From NCBI GenBank assembly GCA_965222155.1, contig CBDCTH010000010.1:32001-96000 (forward strand): a DNA stretch of 64,000 bases. The letters are read 5' to 3'. Below are positions 48,713 to 59,982 of this stretch, one piece after another. Below the pieces are notes generated by a model. That model did not search any database, was not told the origin of the DNA, and saw nothing but the letters and a program-made list of their open reading frames with translations. The stretch is from Gammaproteobacteria bacterium (GTDB taxonomy: Bacteria; Pseudomonadota; Gammaproteobacteria; Eutrophobiales; Eutrophobiaceae). A program made the translations under genes and the position numbers. How positions within the stretch are numbered: the first letter of the stretch is position 1; every line of letters starts with the position of its first letter.

Positions 48713-51700
48713 TCAGAATACCCCTGCACCCCCCAGCCCGTAGCGCAGCCTCAGCATGAGGCCATGGTCCGGGGACTCGAAGACACCCTCCCGGCGCGCA
48801 CTCTCCAGACTCAGCGTCAGTGCGCGGCCCAGCTCGAACACCCCGCCCAACCGGTAATGCCGCCCGCCCCCGTCCACTACCAGGCCCCCATAAGGCGTGA
48901 GCAGACCGCCCCCGGCCGCCAGCCCATAACCCAACTCGGTCTCCCACACGCACCCCGCGGGACGGTGAGCCAAGCCCACTGCCCCCAACGTCCGAGCCCC
49001 GCTCCCAGAGCCGCTCAACAGCGCCGGCCCCGGCCTGCCCGCCAGCCAGGCCGTCCACCACGCCCCAACCCGGGCGCACACTGAACGACAGCCCGCGCCC
49101 GTCCGTCCCCGGCGTCAGCACCACCAGTCCCCCGACGCCCCATTCCTCGATGTCCCCCGCGTGCGCCAGCAGCGCCCGGCCATAGCCTTCTACCCGCAGC
49201 CCCCGGGCCGGGTCGGCCCAGACCAGCCCGTCGCCCCACTCCAGCCCGCCGCCGGTCACGCCATCGCCGCCGTCATGGCGCAGCCCCAACGCCACCGAAG
49301 GCGTCACGGTCCCGCCCCCGGCCAGGCGCTGCGCATGCGAGCCCTCCAGCGCCAGGCGCAGCCGCCACACGTCCGTCGCCAGCCCCTCAATCAACCCCGC
49401 CGCCGCCACCTCATAGCGCGAGCCCCACCACGCACCCTTGAGATTCAACACCGTCGCCCCGCCGGCAACCAGACTGTTGCCTGCAAACAGCCGCACCCGA
49501 CCGCCCAGCGCCGCCGTGGCCTGCTCACTGTCCGCGGCCTGCCGGCCCGCCTCAGCGTCCCGGAGCCGCACCTCGCCCACGCCATAGCCCAGGGCGCCCC
49601 ACAGGCCTAACTCGGCCCGGGGGTGCCAGCCCACGTAGGGGTAGACACTCAGCAGCCGGCTTTCATGGGCGCCCTCTATGGGCCGGTAGCCGGCCGCACC
49701 CCGGTCGGTGTAGTCAAACTCGCCCTTGGCCCAGGACAGCGCCAGACCCGCCAGCAGGTCGTCCCGGAGCCGGGCGTCCAGCCCCAGGCGGGCGCTCAAC
49801 ACGGCGCCGTCCCAGTGCACCGGGTCAGCCCCTGCCTGGCCGTCAGACCGGTCGTCATCCCCCCCGGACAGGCGCCGGTAATCGCCCCCGCCCCACAGGG
49901 TGATAGTGTTCAGCCCCCCGGCGGGGTGGGCCTCGTCCAGGCGCAGGGCAAAGGACGAGCGCCCCAGCACCTCTGCTCAGCGCCGGTGATACTGAGGCCG
50001 CCGCCGTCGGTCACAGTGAGCGTGAAACCATAGCTTGACTGTGTCTCGTAATCCAGCCCTGCACCCTGCTTCAGGTAGAGCGCGGCGCCGGTAATCTCGA
50101 AGATGTCCGTATCGCTGAGGCTGAAGACGTGGCTGTCGTCGGCATCGGGGTCGACCGCGGACAGCTCGGCCAGCTGCACCGGCCCGGCACTCGTGTCCAC
50201 GTCCTCGGCGATGGCGCCGTCCGTGGCCGGGGGTACCCAGGTGACAATCACTTCGGTCGGCGCCTCGTTGGCATCGGTCACGGCAAGGGTCTGCTCAGCG
50301 CCGGTGACACTGAGACCGCCGCTGTCGGTCGCAGTGAGCGTGAAGCCATGGCCCGGCTGCGTCTCGTAATCCAGCCCTACCCCCTGCTTCAGGTAGAGCG
50401 CGGCGCCGGCAATCTCGAAGACAGTCGTATCACTGAGGCTGAAGACGTGGCTGTCGTCGGCATCGGGGTCGACCGCGGACAGCTCGGCCAGCTGCACCGG
50501 CCCGGCGCGTGTGTCCACGTCCTCAGCGATGGCACCGTCCGTGGCCGGGGGCACCCAAGTGACAATCACCCCGGTGGGCGCAGCGTTGACGGGCGCAGGC
50601 GTCGGCGGCCTGACGGTGGGCCTGACCGGCACCGGTGCCCTGACCGTGACGGTACTGGGCTCGCTGCTGCGGCCACTCTCGCTGTTGACGGCAACCAGGG
50701 TATATTTAGTGCCCACACCGGTCTCGACCGCCAGTTCGTTGCCGGCGGGCAGCCCATCGCCCGGGTCTATCAGGACGTTGCCCTGGTCATCGACCAGAGA
50801 CAGCACGTCCGTGTTGGCGCTCACCGTCCAGCTCAGGGTTGACCTGCCGTCCTTGAGTGGCGTGGCCTCGAAGCGGGTGATTTCGGGGAGGCTGATGACG
50901 GGTCCAGGGGGGGTGGGCTTGACCGGCGCCGGTGCCCTGGGCGTGGCGCTGGCGCTGGCTGACCAGGCGCTCGGCCCCTGCGCGTTCAGCGCCCGCACCT
51001 GCACCGCGTAGGGCTGGCCGTTGGTCAGGCCGGTGAGGGTCGTGGTGGTGGTACTTGCATCGGTGGCGCCGTGTGCGGCCCACGAACTGCCCGCATCCGC
51101 GCGGTACTGGATGTTGTAGCCCGTGATGGGCGAGCCGCCGTCGCTGCCGGGCGCGTGCCATGACACCTCAAGCTGCCGGTCGCCGGGCCTCAGGGTCGGG
51201 ATCGCGGGGGCGGCGGGCGCCGCCGGTGCTGCCGAGGGGGTGACCGATGACGAGGCGTCCGACCAGTCGCCGGCCCCCGCACCGTTGGTGGCCCGTACCC
51301 GGAACACATAGGCGGTCCCCGGTGTCAGGCCCGTCACGTCGTGACTCGTCCCGCTCACCCCCGACACCGGACTCCAGTTGGCGCCGTTGTTCGCGCGCTG
51401 CTCCAGCGTGTAGCCGGTGATGGCGCTGCCCGGGTTGGTCGGCACCGTCCAGTTCACCCGCAGCGAGGTGGCGCCCAGCACGGTGACCGTCGGGGCCGCC
51501 GGTTTGCCCGGCTTCGCATCCGGCGTCGCCGCGGCGGCGGTCGACCAGTCACTCGGGCCCACGGCGTTTTTGGCCCGCACCTGCACCTGGTAGCGCTGGC
51601 CGTTGGTGAGGTTGGGGAGGGTCGTGCTCAGGCCGGGGCCGTCATAGTGGGCGTCCGTCCACGGGCCGCTGTTGCCGGCGCGGTACTGCACGTCGTAGTC

Positions 51701-54436
51701 CGAGATGGCCGCGCCGCCGTTGCTCGTCGGTACGGCCCACGACACCACTATCTCGCCGTTGCCGGGGGCGAGCGTCGGGGCAACCGGCGCGGCGGGCACC
51801 GTAGCAGTGGTGGCCGGCGTGGCGCCGGCACTGGGTGACCAGCCGCCCCAGCCTATGCTGTTCTTCGCCCGCACCTGCACGTCGTAGGGCTGGCCGTTGG
51901 TCAGGCTGGAGATGGTCGTGCTGGTGCCGGTGCCGGCATAGTGGGCGTCCGTCCAGACGCTGTCAGTGCTCCGCTTGTACTGCACATCGTAGTCCGAGAT
52001 GGTGGCGCCGTTGGTGGCCGGTGCCACCCACGCTACCGTGAGCTGCCCGTTGCCGGGGATGAGTGTCGGCGCAACGGGCGCCGCGGGCGCCGCCGCGGGG
52101 GTGGCCGATGACGAGGTGTCCGACCAGTCCCCGGTCCCCGCCGCATTGGTTGCCAGCACCTGGAACACATACGCGACCCCTGGCGTCAGACCCGTCACCG
52201 TCCTGCTTTTCCCGGTCCCCGCAGCATCCGGCAACGCCATCCAGATTAACCCGTTGTCCGCACTGCGCCGCAGCGTATAGCCGGTGATGGCACTGCCTGG
52301 GTTGGCCGGCGCCGTCCAGCGCACCCGCAGCGAGGTGGCGCCCTGCACGGTGACCGTCGGGGCAGCCGGTTTGCCCGGCTTCGCATCCGGCGTCGCCGCC
52401 GCGGCGGTCGACCAGTCACTCCAGCCCACGGCGTTTTTGGCCCGCACCTGCACGTCGTAGCGCTGGCCGTTGGTCAGGCTGGAGATGATCGTGTTCTTGG
52501 GGGCGCCGCTGTAGCCCGCGTCCGTCCAGTCAACGGCGCCGCTCGGCTTGTACTGCACGTTGTAGCCCGTGATGGCCGAGCCGCCGTTGTTCGCTGGTGC
52601 GCTCCACACCAGCGCCAACTGCCCGTCGCCGGGTGTCAGGGCGGGTGCGTCGAGCGCCGCGGGAACGGTCGCGGGCATGACGCTGGTGCTGTGCGACCAA
52701 GCGCCCGCGCCCCGCACGTTCACCGCCCGCACCTGCACCTCGTAGCTGCGGCCGTTGGTCAGGCCGGTGAGGGTCGTGTTCCTGGGGGCGCCGTTGTAGC
52801 TGGCGTCCGTCCAGTTGCTGTCGCTGCTCAGCTTGTACTGCACGTTGTAGCCCGTGATGGCCGATCCGCCATCGCTGCCGGGCGCGTCCCATGACACATC
52901 GAGCTGCCGGTCGCCGGGCGTGAGGGTCGGGGCATCCGGCGCGGCGGGCACCGTGGGATTGGGCGTAGCGCTGGCGCTGGATGACCAGTCGCCCGGTCCC
53001 CGCGCGTTCACCGCCCGCACCTGCACGTCGTAGCGCTGGCCGTTGGTGAGACCGGATAAAATATGACTCAGGAAGGATTCGTCTCTCTCCTCCTCTACCC
53101 ACGGGTCGCTCATGCCCTGGCGGCGGTAGCGGATCTTATAGCCCGTGATGCCAGGGCTGCCTGTGGGCGGGACCAACTTTACCCTGATATTCTTGTCGCC
53201 GGGCGTGAGGGTCGGCACCGCCGGCGCCGCGGGAACGGTCCCGGCCGTGGCTGTGACGCTGGGCGACCAGGCGCCCGGTCCCCGCGCGTCCTCCGCCCGC
53301 ACCCGCACCTCATAGCTCTGGCCGTTGGTGAGACTGAATAAAGTGTATGAACGAACGAAAGAATCGACTGTCACCTTCGTCCACTGGCTGGTCCCACTGG
53401 CTCGGTACCAGATGTGGTAGCCCGTAGTGGTCTGGCCGCGTTCGGGCCTGATCCAAGTCACCCTGATCTGTCTGTCACCGGGCGTCAGGGTCGGAGTAAA
53501 GAGCGGGTTGAGCCGGTTCACGGGCGTAGCGCTGGCGCTGGGCGACCAGTCGCTCGCGCCATGCGCGTTCACGGTCTGCACCTGCACCTGGTAACTCTGG
53601 CCGTTGGTGAGGCCGGGGAGCCTGATAGCGGTTCCTCTACCGTTGAAATCACGCCGCGTCCACGAACCGTCCGTACCGGGTCGGTAGCGGATATTGGAGC
53701 CCGTAATGCGCAAGCCGACCCTGTCGAGGACGACCCACTCTATCAAGAGATTCCCGTCACCGGGCGTGAGGGTCGGCGCAGCCGGCTTCGCGGGAACGGT
53801 CGCGGGCGTGGCGCTGACGCTGGCCGACCAGGCGCCCGGGCCCTGCTCGTTCACGGCCTGCACCTGCACCTGGTAGCTGCGGTCGTTGGTGAGGCCGGTG
53901 ATGGTCGTGCTCGTGCCGGTACCCGTGAAATCGGGGTCGCTCCAGCCGCCGCTGCTACCGGGGCGGTAGCGCACGTTGTAGTCCGTGAGGGCCGAGCCGC
54001 CGCCGGGCGCGGCCCACGTCACCGCGAGCTGCCGGTCGCCGGGATTGAGGGTCAGGGCCGTGGGCGCATCCGGGACCGTCTGCGCCCACGCCGACACGGT
54101 CAGCCCGCACATCAGTGTCATGAACGCCAGGGCGCACAGCACCCCGCGCCGGAACCGCCTGGAAAGCCCCGCTGCGGTCGACCCCCCGCGAACGCCCGCA
54201 CCCCGCGCGCGCGGCGAAGCGGCAGCGCGGCACCGGTGATTCGTTATCTCATGTGGACGCCGGGGGGGGGGGGGGGGGGGGGTGAAGGAGGATGGGCGCG
54301 GGATACCGCGCAGACGATGCGTCAGTGAGTCAGCACTGCAACCGGCAGCGTTGACCGTTCCGAACTCTCCCCCGTAAGGCAAGCGAGCGTTCATGTTTAT
54401 TGCCATGGCTATCCATCCTCTAATCATAGTCGGCAT
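48713..54436 (-). pseudogene. Large adhesin-like autotransporter (11 FN3, Ig-like, 2 cadherin-like repeats, beta-barrel), frameshifted near 49972 and 48955
   Basis: Signal-like AWAQ; repeated LTNG..Y.VQVRA.N..G...WS; GLDYETQ repeats; barrel segments (LWGGGDY, ETELGYGL, LTPYGG, DHGLMLR) lie in three frames; very GC-rich. Confidence 0.8.
54262..54282. repeat. G21 homopolymer in the 5' coding region of the autotransporter
   Basis: 21 consecutive G (poly-Pro on the minus strand). Confidence 0.9.
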
Positions 54437-54483
54437 ACCCTACCCCACTGCTTCATGCAATGTCAACTTCTTTGTCCAGCCAC

Positions 54484-54605
54484 TCCCGCTAACTCCCGGG
54501 GTCGAGGGCATCCTGCCCTCGTGGCGGGCGGGACGCCCTCCCTCCCAGGGAAACATGCCCCCTAATCTCCTGGGGGACTGGGGGACAGATTTAAATCTGT
54601 CCCCC
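54484..54605. repeat. MITE-like family A copy
   Basis: tcccgctaactcccggg..gagggcatcctgccctcgtgg..ggggacagatttaaatctgtcccc. Confidence 0.8.
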
Positions 54606-54618
54606 TCCAAACCGGGGT

Positions 54619-57600
54619 TTATGCAACTTTTCGCAGGGCTGCTTCCAGGGTTTCACCCTGCTCGTCTGCCAGCGCGGCTTCTCGCAGTTGTTTGACTGCG
54701 GAGGTTGCATTCGGTTGCTTGCAAATTCCTGGTAGTGCTTCCATGATCCGGTTGAAAGCAGCCATGCCTCTTGCATGGGTCTCGCCGTAACCTTTCACCA
54801 GGCGCGGGCATTCGGCGATTTCTACTGCCAGGTCATAATCGGTGACGGCGGTATCGGTCACAGTTGACAGCCACTTTTCGATATTGACGTTTTCCATCTC
54901 ATAGCGCAGGGTTGAGCGACGCCAGCGACGCAGGCCGGCAAGCAGGCAGAGCAACAGGAAGCCGGACAGGGTCGTGGTCTTTATCCTTCTACCCTTTTTA
55001 CAAAAGAATCCTATGAAGTTTCTCAACGCGGGGGTATTCATGACCAGGGAACCCTTCCAGACCGGCATGATATCGCAGATTTCCTGCACCCTGGGGTGCA
55101 TGAATTCCTGCCAGGCCACCACCTGTCCCTGCTCCGCCTGCACGTCTTTTCTCACCCGGGCAAAGCGCGTGGAGCGAATTTTCAGGTCCGCCACCCGGAT
55201 TGCGTCTTCATAAGTCATCCACAGGGCCAGGTAACGCGCAGTTTCGATGGTCAGCCGGTAATCCCTGTCCGGATGATCCACCTGCAAAACAGGTTGTAAT
55301 CTCTGCAGGTACTCCTCAGCATACCTGATATCCTGGTAATCCGTGAGTTTCCCCAGGGCTGCACGTATGATTTCCTGCGTTTGCGCCGGGAACTCCGCCT
55401 GGACCCGAACCAGCAGCGCCTGTACATCCTTGTGCGCCGGTCCCGGGGCTGCGCCTGACGGCTTCTCCTTCTCATCCTGTTGTTTCTGTGCGTGCTCATA
55501 ACCGGCATTAAACCCTTTCAGGTTGGCTTCCACCGCAACGCCGGTCGCGCCGATGATTTCGGTAAATGTTTCCTTGCGGAACGGCAAGGCGCCGGATCCG
55601 GCGGCAGCGCCAAGCAATACGGAACTGATGACACTACCCGTTTGCCCGGCCAGGGCGTTCATATCGAAACCGATGAAGTGCTTTGCGTTCTCCATTACTA
55701 CACCGGTGATCTTTTCGGAGTCCGCCCTGCCGTCACCCATTGCGGTTTTCTCGCCGATGGCGTAGTCGCGGTGGGTGGACACCAGTGCGGTGGTCCGGTC
55801 CGGTGAGATCAAACCCCTCAATATGGCGCGCCCGCCTTCGATCAGTTCACCGGCAAAGACGACATCCACGCGCCCGGGCACCGGCGTCAAGGCCAGCACG
55901 GCAGGCCTATCCCCGATGGCTTCCCGCGGGAAAAACTCCAGGTAGTAGACGGTTGCTCCGGTGCGCTGGGCGACACCGGGAACGGAAGTGGATTGCGCCA
56001 GGTAACCGGAACGCTCGGCCACCTGGATAAGCCAGTTACTGAGGACGCCCCCACCCTGTCCGCCCATGGCCAGGATAGCGACCTTGATGGGCTCTGCCTG
56101 TTTGCCTGCCGGGGAATGACTCATCGTGGGGACGGACTTAAGTCCGTCCCCGCTAAGCCCCTGTTTCCATACCGGCAAGGAAGAGGAATGCCTCTCCTGT
56201 TCTTCCCCGGCCGGGGAAACTGCCTCAATAGTCCGTCTGCGGCGGCGCCTGTCCGACCAGGCCTGGAGTTTGCCGATGGCAAATGAACGAAGGGCCGCCA
56301 GTGCCCGGTCGGCCGGGTTGGGATTATAGACGATATCGGCCTTGTAAAAGGACGGGCAGAGAACGGCGGCATGGGCTACCTCGCCACAGACGCCACAGCC
56401 GACACAACTGTTGATAACAGTGGCCACGGGATCTTTTCTAAGGGGGTCGGGATTGTCCTTGATGGTCAGTGACGGGCAGCCCGATAACCTTATGCAGGAA
56501 TGATCGCCGGTACAGGTGTCTTCATCAATGCCGAATCGTTCACGCACGTAACGTTTCTTTTGTTTGAGCAGGTTTTTTATCTGCGGTTTGATCCGACGTT
56601 GCCGGTTGAGCTGGCATTCTCCCTCCGCCACGATGAGTTTAGGGCCTTTCGCCCGGGTAGTCATGGCCTCTCTCAGCGCATGCAGGGATTCCTGGATATG
56701 ATAGGTGTGAACCTTCCTGATCCACTTCACGCCGGCGCCCTTGAGCGCATCGACAATGGACACGCGGTACTGGCGCCTGGCCGCGTCCGCCCTGGAAGAT
56801 GGTATCCACTGACCGCCCGTCGCTGCGGAATAACCGTTGTCAACCACCACGATGACGCCGTCGTGTTCGTTTTCCACCGCATTGCCGATACCCGTGGTCA
56901 GGCCGTTATGCCAGAAGCCGCCGTCACCCATGATACTGAGGGCGCGCTTCTCATGGGGTACCATCAGGGCCGAGGCGCTGGAAGGCCCCAGGCCATAGCC
57001 GGTAATGGTGTTGCCGATGTTGAATGGGGCCACGGTGGCGAAGGAATGGCAACCAATATCCATGCTCACTTGCAACTTGCCGAATTCCTTTTCCAGCAGT
57101 TTGACGGCGGAGAAAAACGGGCGTTCCGGACAGCCGGTACACAAGCCGGACGGCCGTTGCGGCACCAGTTGCGCCAAGTCTTCCCGGTCCGGACCAGCGG
57201 TCTTTTCCAGCGGCGGGACAGTGATTGCGGCAGGTTCCCATTGCTGCAGAAATTTCCGCAGTCCTGCTTCCATCAACTGGCAGGTATATTCCCCTGCCAT
57301 AGTGAAAACGTCCTTGCCGTGCATCCTGGCCTGAACGTCATGGCGTCTCAGGATGGTGTTGATATTCTGTTCCAGGTAGTCCGGCTGACCCTCCTCCACC
57401 ATGAGCACCGCTTTCTTATCCCGGCAGAAACGGATCACTTCCGCATCGACCACCGGATAAGCCACGTTCATGATGTACATGGGAAGCGAACTGTTGCCGA
57501 ATACGTCGGAGCAGCCCACGTGTTCCAGGGCCCGGTTCAAGGTGTTGTAGAGACCGCCGGCGACGATGATGCCGATCTCGTCAAAGCGGCCATCGACCAC

Positions 57601-58359
57601 CTCATTCAACCCGTACTCCTCTATGAATTTCACTGCAGCGGGCCAGCGCTGTTCGATTTTCTCCGCCTCATGCTGATAGTTATAAGGCGGTAAGACGATA
57701 CGCTCTATGTCCCGGGTCGGGGCATCCAGGGCATCGGTCACGGTAAAAGCCGGACGTTTGTTGTCCCTGGTATTCAACACGCCGTGGACGTGGCAGGCCC
57801 GCACCCGCAGTTGCAGCATGACGGGGGTGCTTGAGGCCTCGGAAAGTTCAAAACCCTTCTCGACCATGTCGGCAATGGCGTTCAGGTTGGGCCTGGGATC
57901 GAGCAACCAGATCTGGGACTTCATGGCAAAGGCATGGGAGCGTTCCTGCATGATGGACGCGCCTTCACCGTAATCTTCCCCGACAATAATGAGCGCGCCG
58001 CCCTTGACCCCGGCGGAGGCCACGTTTGCCAGGGCATCCGATGCCACGTTGGTACCCACAGTGGATTTCCAGGCCACCGCGCCGCGCAACGGGTAATTGA
58101 TCGATGCGGCCAGCATGGATGCTGCCGCCGCTTCGCTGGCCGACTGCTCAAAGTGTACGCCCAGTTCTTCCAGTATTTCCCGGGAATCGGCAAAGACATC
58201 GATCAAATGGCTGATGGGAGAGCCCTGGTATCCGCCGATATAGGAAACGCCCGATTGCAGCAAGGCCTTGGTGACGGCAAGAATGCCTTCCCCGTGGAGT
58301 TCGTCACCGTCCCCCAGGCGCAGCATCTTGACTTCTTTTGCGAAGGATCGTTCAGCCAT
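54619..58359 (-). CDS. Indolepyruvate:ferredoxin oxidoreductase, alpha and beta subunits in one ORF
   Basis: IorA part: MAERSF, GYQGSP, CTGCPER, GDGGFWHNG, CTGDHSC..CVGCGVC; IorB part from 56124: ILAMGGQGGGVL, VPGVAQRTGAT, KGYGETH. Confidence 0.88.
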   Translation of the reverse strand: MAERSFAKEVKMLRLGDGDELHGEGILAVTKALLQSGVSYIGGYQGSPISHLIDVFADSREILEELGVHFEQSASEAAAASMLAASINYPLRGAVAWKSTVGTNVASDALANVASAGVKGGALIIVGEDYGEGASIMQERSHAFAMKSQIWLLDPRPNLNAIADMVEKGFELSEASSTPVMLQLRVRACHVHGVLNTRDNKRPAFTVTDALDAPTRDIERIVLPPYNYQHEAEKIEQRWPAAVKFIEEYGLNEVVDGRFDEIGIIVAGGLYNTLNRALEHVGCSDVFGNSSLPMYIMNVAYPVVDAEVIRFCRDKKAVLMVEEGQPDYLEQNINTILRRHDVQARMHGKDVFTMAGEYTCQLMEAGLRKFLQQWEPAAITVPPLEKTAGPDREDLAQLVPQRPSGLCTGCPERPFFSAVKLLEKEFGKLQVSMDIGCHSFATVAPFNIGNTITGYGLGPSSASALMVPHEKRALSIMGDGGFWHNGLTTGIGNAVENEHDGVIVVVDNGYSAATGGQWIPSSRADAARRQYRVSIVDALKGAGVKWIRKVHTYHIQESLHALREAMTTRAKGPKLIVAEGECQLNRQRRIKPQIKNLLKQKKRYVRERFGIDEDTCTGDHSCIRLSGCPSLTIKDNPDPLRKDPVATVINSCVGCGVCGEVAHAAVLCPSFYKADIVYNPNPADRALAALRSFAIGKLQAWSDRRRRRRTIEAVSPAGEEQERHSSSLPVWKQGLSGDGLKSVPTMSHSPAGKQAEPIKVAILAMGGQGGGVLSNWLIQVAERSGYLAQSTSVPGVAQRTGATVYYLEFFPREAIGDRPAVLALTPVPGRVDVVFAGELIEGGRAILRGLISPDRTTALVSTHRDYAIGEKTAMGDGRADSEKITGVVMENAKHFIGFDMNALAGQTGSVISSVLLGAAAGSGALPFRKETFTEIIGATGVAVEANLKGFNAGYEHAQKQQDEKEKPSGAAPGPAHKDVQALLVRVQAEFPAQTQEIIRAALGKLTDYQDIRYAEEYLQRLQPVLQVDHPDRDYRLTIETARYLALWMTYEDAIRVADLKIRSTRFARVRKDVQAEQGQVVAWQEFMHPRVQEICDIMPVWKGSLVMNTPALRNFIGFFCKKGRRIKTTTLSGFLLLCLLAGLRRWRRSTLRYEMENVNIEKWLSTVTDTAVTDYDLAVEIAECPRLVKGYGETHARGMAAFNRIMEALPGICKQPNATSAVKQLREAALADEQGETLEAALRKVA

Positions 58360-58412
58360 TGTGCTCTAACATGTAAATAGTGTCAGTCAACTTTTATAGA
58401 TGGTTAAATCAC

Positions 58413-58478
58413 CCACCATTCCTGCGAAAGTTTACCCCTGTATGCTGTTGAGCAGGGGTAAACTTTCGCAAATGGTGG
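58413..58478. other. Long intergenic hairpin (terminator or repeat)
   Basis: TGCGAAAGTTTACCCCTG-12 nt-CAGGGGTAAACTTTCGCA (18-bp stem), extended by CCACCATT/AATGGTGG. Confidence 0.6.
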
Positions 58479-58543
58479 CGGATTGACGCTGTATAATTGT
58501 TCCATAAAGATCACTCATCAATCAGTTCAAAACTTTCAGGCTA

Positions 58544-59284
58544 TCAATCCTCAGTGACGGCAAACACCCGGGCGGGGGAACCGTCCAGGCCCTCCAGGGG
58601 CAGGGGTATGCCGTACAGGGTAAACTCACTGCCATCCAGTTTGCCGATATTGGTGATCAACTGGATGATGATGGTCTTGTTGCCCAGCAAGGTCTTGTGG
58701 TTGCGTCCGGGCGGTTTATCCGCCTCGATGCCGAGCCAGAAGGGCGCTTCGGGGAAGCAATCGAGAGCGACCGCTTTGCAACCTTTTTCAACAATGTACT
58801 CCGCTGCGGTCGTGTCCAGGAATATGGAGTTGCCCCAGAATTCGTCAGTGTCCCAGGCACGATCGGTCCAGCCGGTGTACAGGACAGGAATAACGCTGTC
58901 ATCGATCTCCACGCCGGTTTTGATGATCTCATCTGCAGTAACGCGTTCCCGCCCCTGCAAATGGGTCAGGGGGATGACCCTGCCTTTGCCGATGGTATGC
59001 TCCAGGGGGATTTCCTCGACCGACCAGCCGCCGGCTTCCAGGAAGTGACAAGGCGCATCAACATGGGTGCCTATATGAGTGAGAATCTCCAGCCGGGACA
59101 ACATGTGCGGGGTGAACTCCAGGTTTTTATCCAATTCAATGCCACGGCTTTCAAGGTGATCCTGTTGTACTTCCCCCATGCAGGATAAAACGACGCACCG
59201 GGTGGGGTTCTCTTCGTACTCACGCAGGTTCGGAATGCCGCGCATGTGGCGATTGACGGGCAGGGTCAGATCGATGACAGCCAT
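58544..59284 (-). CDS. Cyclase family metal hydrolase (kynurenine formamidase-like)
   Basis: IDLT N-terminus, HIGTHVDAPCH (HxGTHxDxPxH), GLDGSPARVFA; GGAG RBS. Confidence 0.88.
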   Translation of the reverse strand: MAVIDLTLPVNRHMRGIPNLREYEENPTRCVVLSCMGEVQQDHLESRGIELDKNLEFTPHMLSRLEILTHIGTHVDAPCHFLEAGGWSVEEIPLEHTIGKGRVIPLTHLQGRERVTADEIIKTGVEIDDSVIPVLYTGWTDRAWDTDEFWGNSIFLDTTAAEYIVEKGCKAVALDCFPEAPFWLGIEADKPPGRNHKTLLGNKTIIIQLITNIGKLDGSEFTLYGIPLPLEGLDGSPARVFAVTED

Positions 59285-59518
59285 GGTCTCCTCCGATTGG
59301 ATCTTCGTTGCATTATATATTATTAGAATAAATACAGGGTCGCAATTTAACGATCCGGGTTTAACGATCCGGGTTTTTCTCAGGATATTGGTCGGAGATG
59401 CTAAAATAATCACCGATCTGTGAGTTTTCCCACATTTCCGCCAGTGAATACAGGGTAAACTGTCATCATGACTCCTGAACTCTCCGGATACATCATAGTC
59501 GACAATTTACCAGCAATT

Positions 59519-59646
59519 CCCACTAACTCCCGGGATCGAGGGCATCCTGCCCTCGTGGAGGGCGAGTCGCCCTCCCTCCCGGGGAAACATGCCCCCTTAT
59601 GGTCAGGGGAACTTGGGGGACAGATTTCAATCTGTCCCCCTTGTCT
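59519..59646. repeat. MITE-like family A copy
   Basis: Near-identical to the reverse complement of 15045-15170. Confidence 0.85.
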
Positions 59647-59681
59647 CAGCCGGCTCATCAGCAATATGTTATACTGACGCA

Positions 59682-59921
59682 ATGGTTGAATGGGCCCCTT
59701 TCATTGCGCTTGCCGGCCTCATTATTGCGCTTGCCGGCCTCATTACCGGGCTGTTCGCCTGGTTACGTAACGACATCAACTTACTACGCCGGGAAACCGG
59801 CGCCTTACATAAAGATATCCAGGCCATTGACGTCCGCCTGGCGCGGGTCGAGGCCACTCTAGAGACTACCTTCAGGCTACAGGGCATGTTACCCGCAGAG
59901 CGTCACGACCAGGTTGCTTGA
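59682..59921 (+). CDS. Small TM plus coiled-coil hypothetical protein (possibly leaderless)
   Basis: 79 aa; 21-bp tandem repeat (IALAGLI x2); TG-T-TATACT 6 nt before the ATG. Confidence 0.55.
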   Translation: MVEWAPFIALAGLIIALAGLITGLFAWLRNDINLLRRETGALHKDIQAIDVRLARVEATLETTFRLQGMLPAERHDQVA

Positions 59922-59982
59922 AGCGCCCGGACGGGAATCCGACCTATGGGAATTACCCGGGAAGGTAGAGTTGTTGAGAACC

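Noticed and set aside
49910-54436. Diversity-generating retroelement target
   Set aside because: No reverse transcriptase, and no template/variable repeat pair with adenine-specific differences was seen.
56500-57693. Long antisense ORFs (for example 397 aa here, 304 aa at 53414, 243 aa at 4670)
   Set aside because: Shadows of well-supported genes on the opposite strand, with no recognisable motifs.
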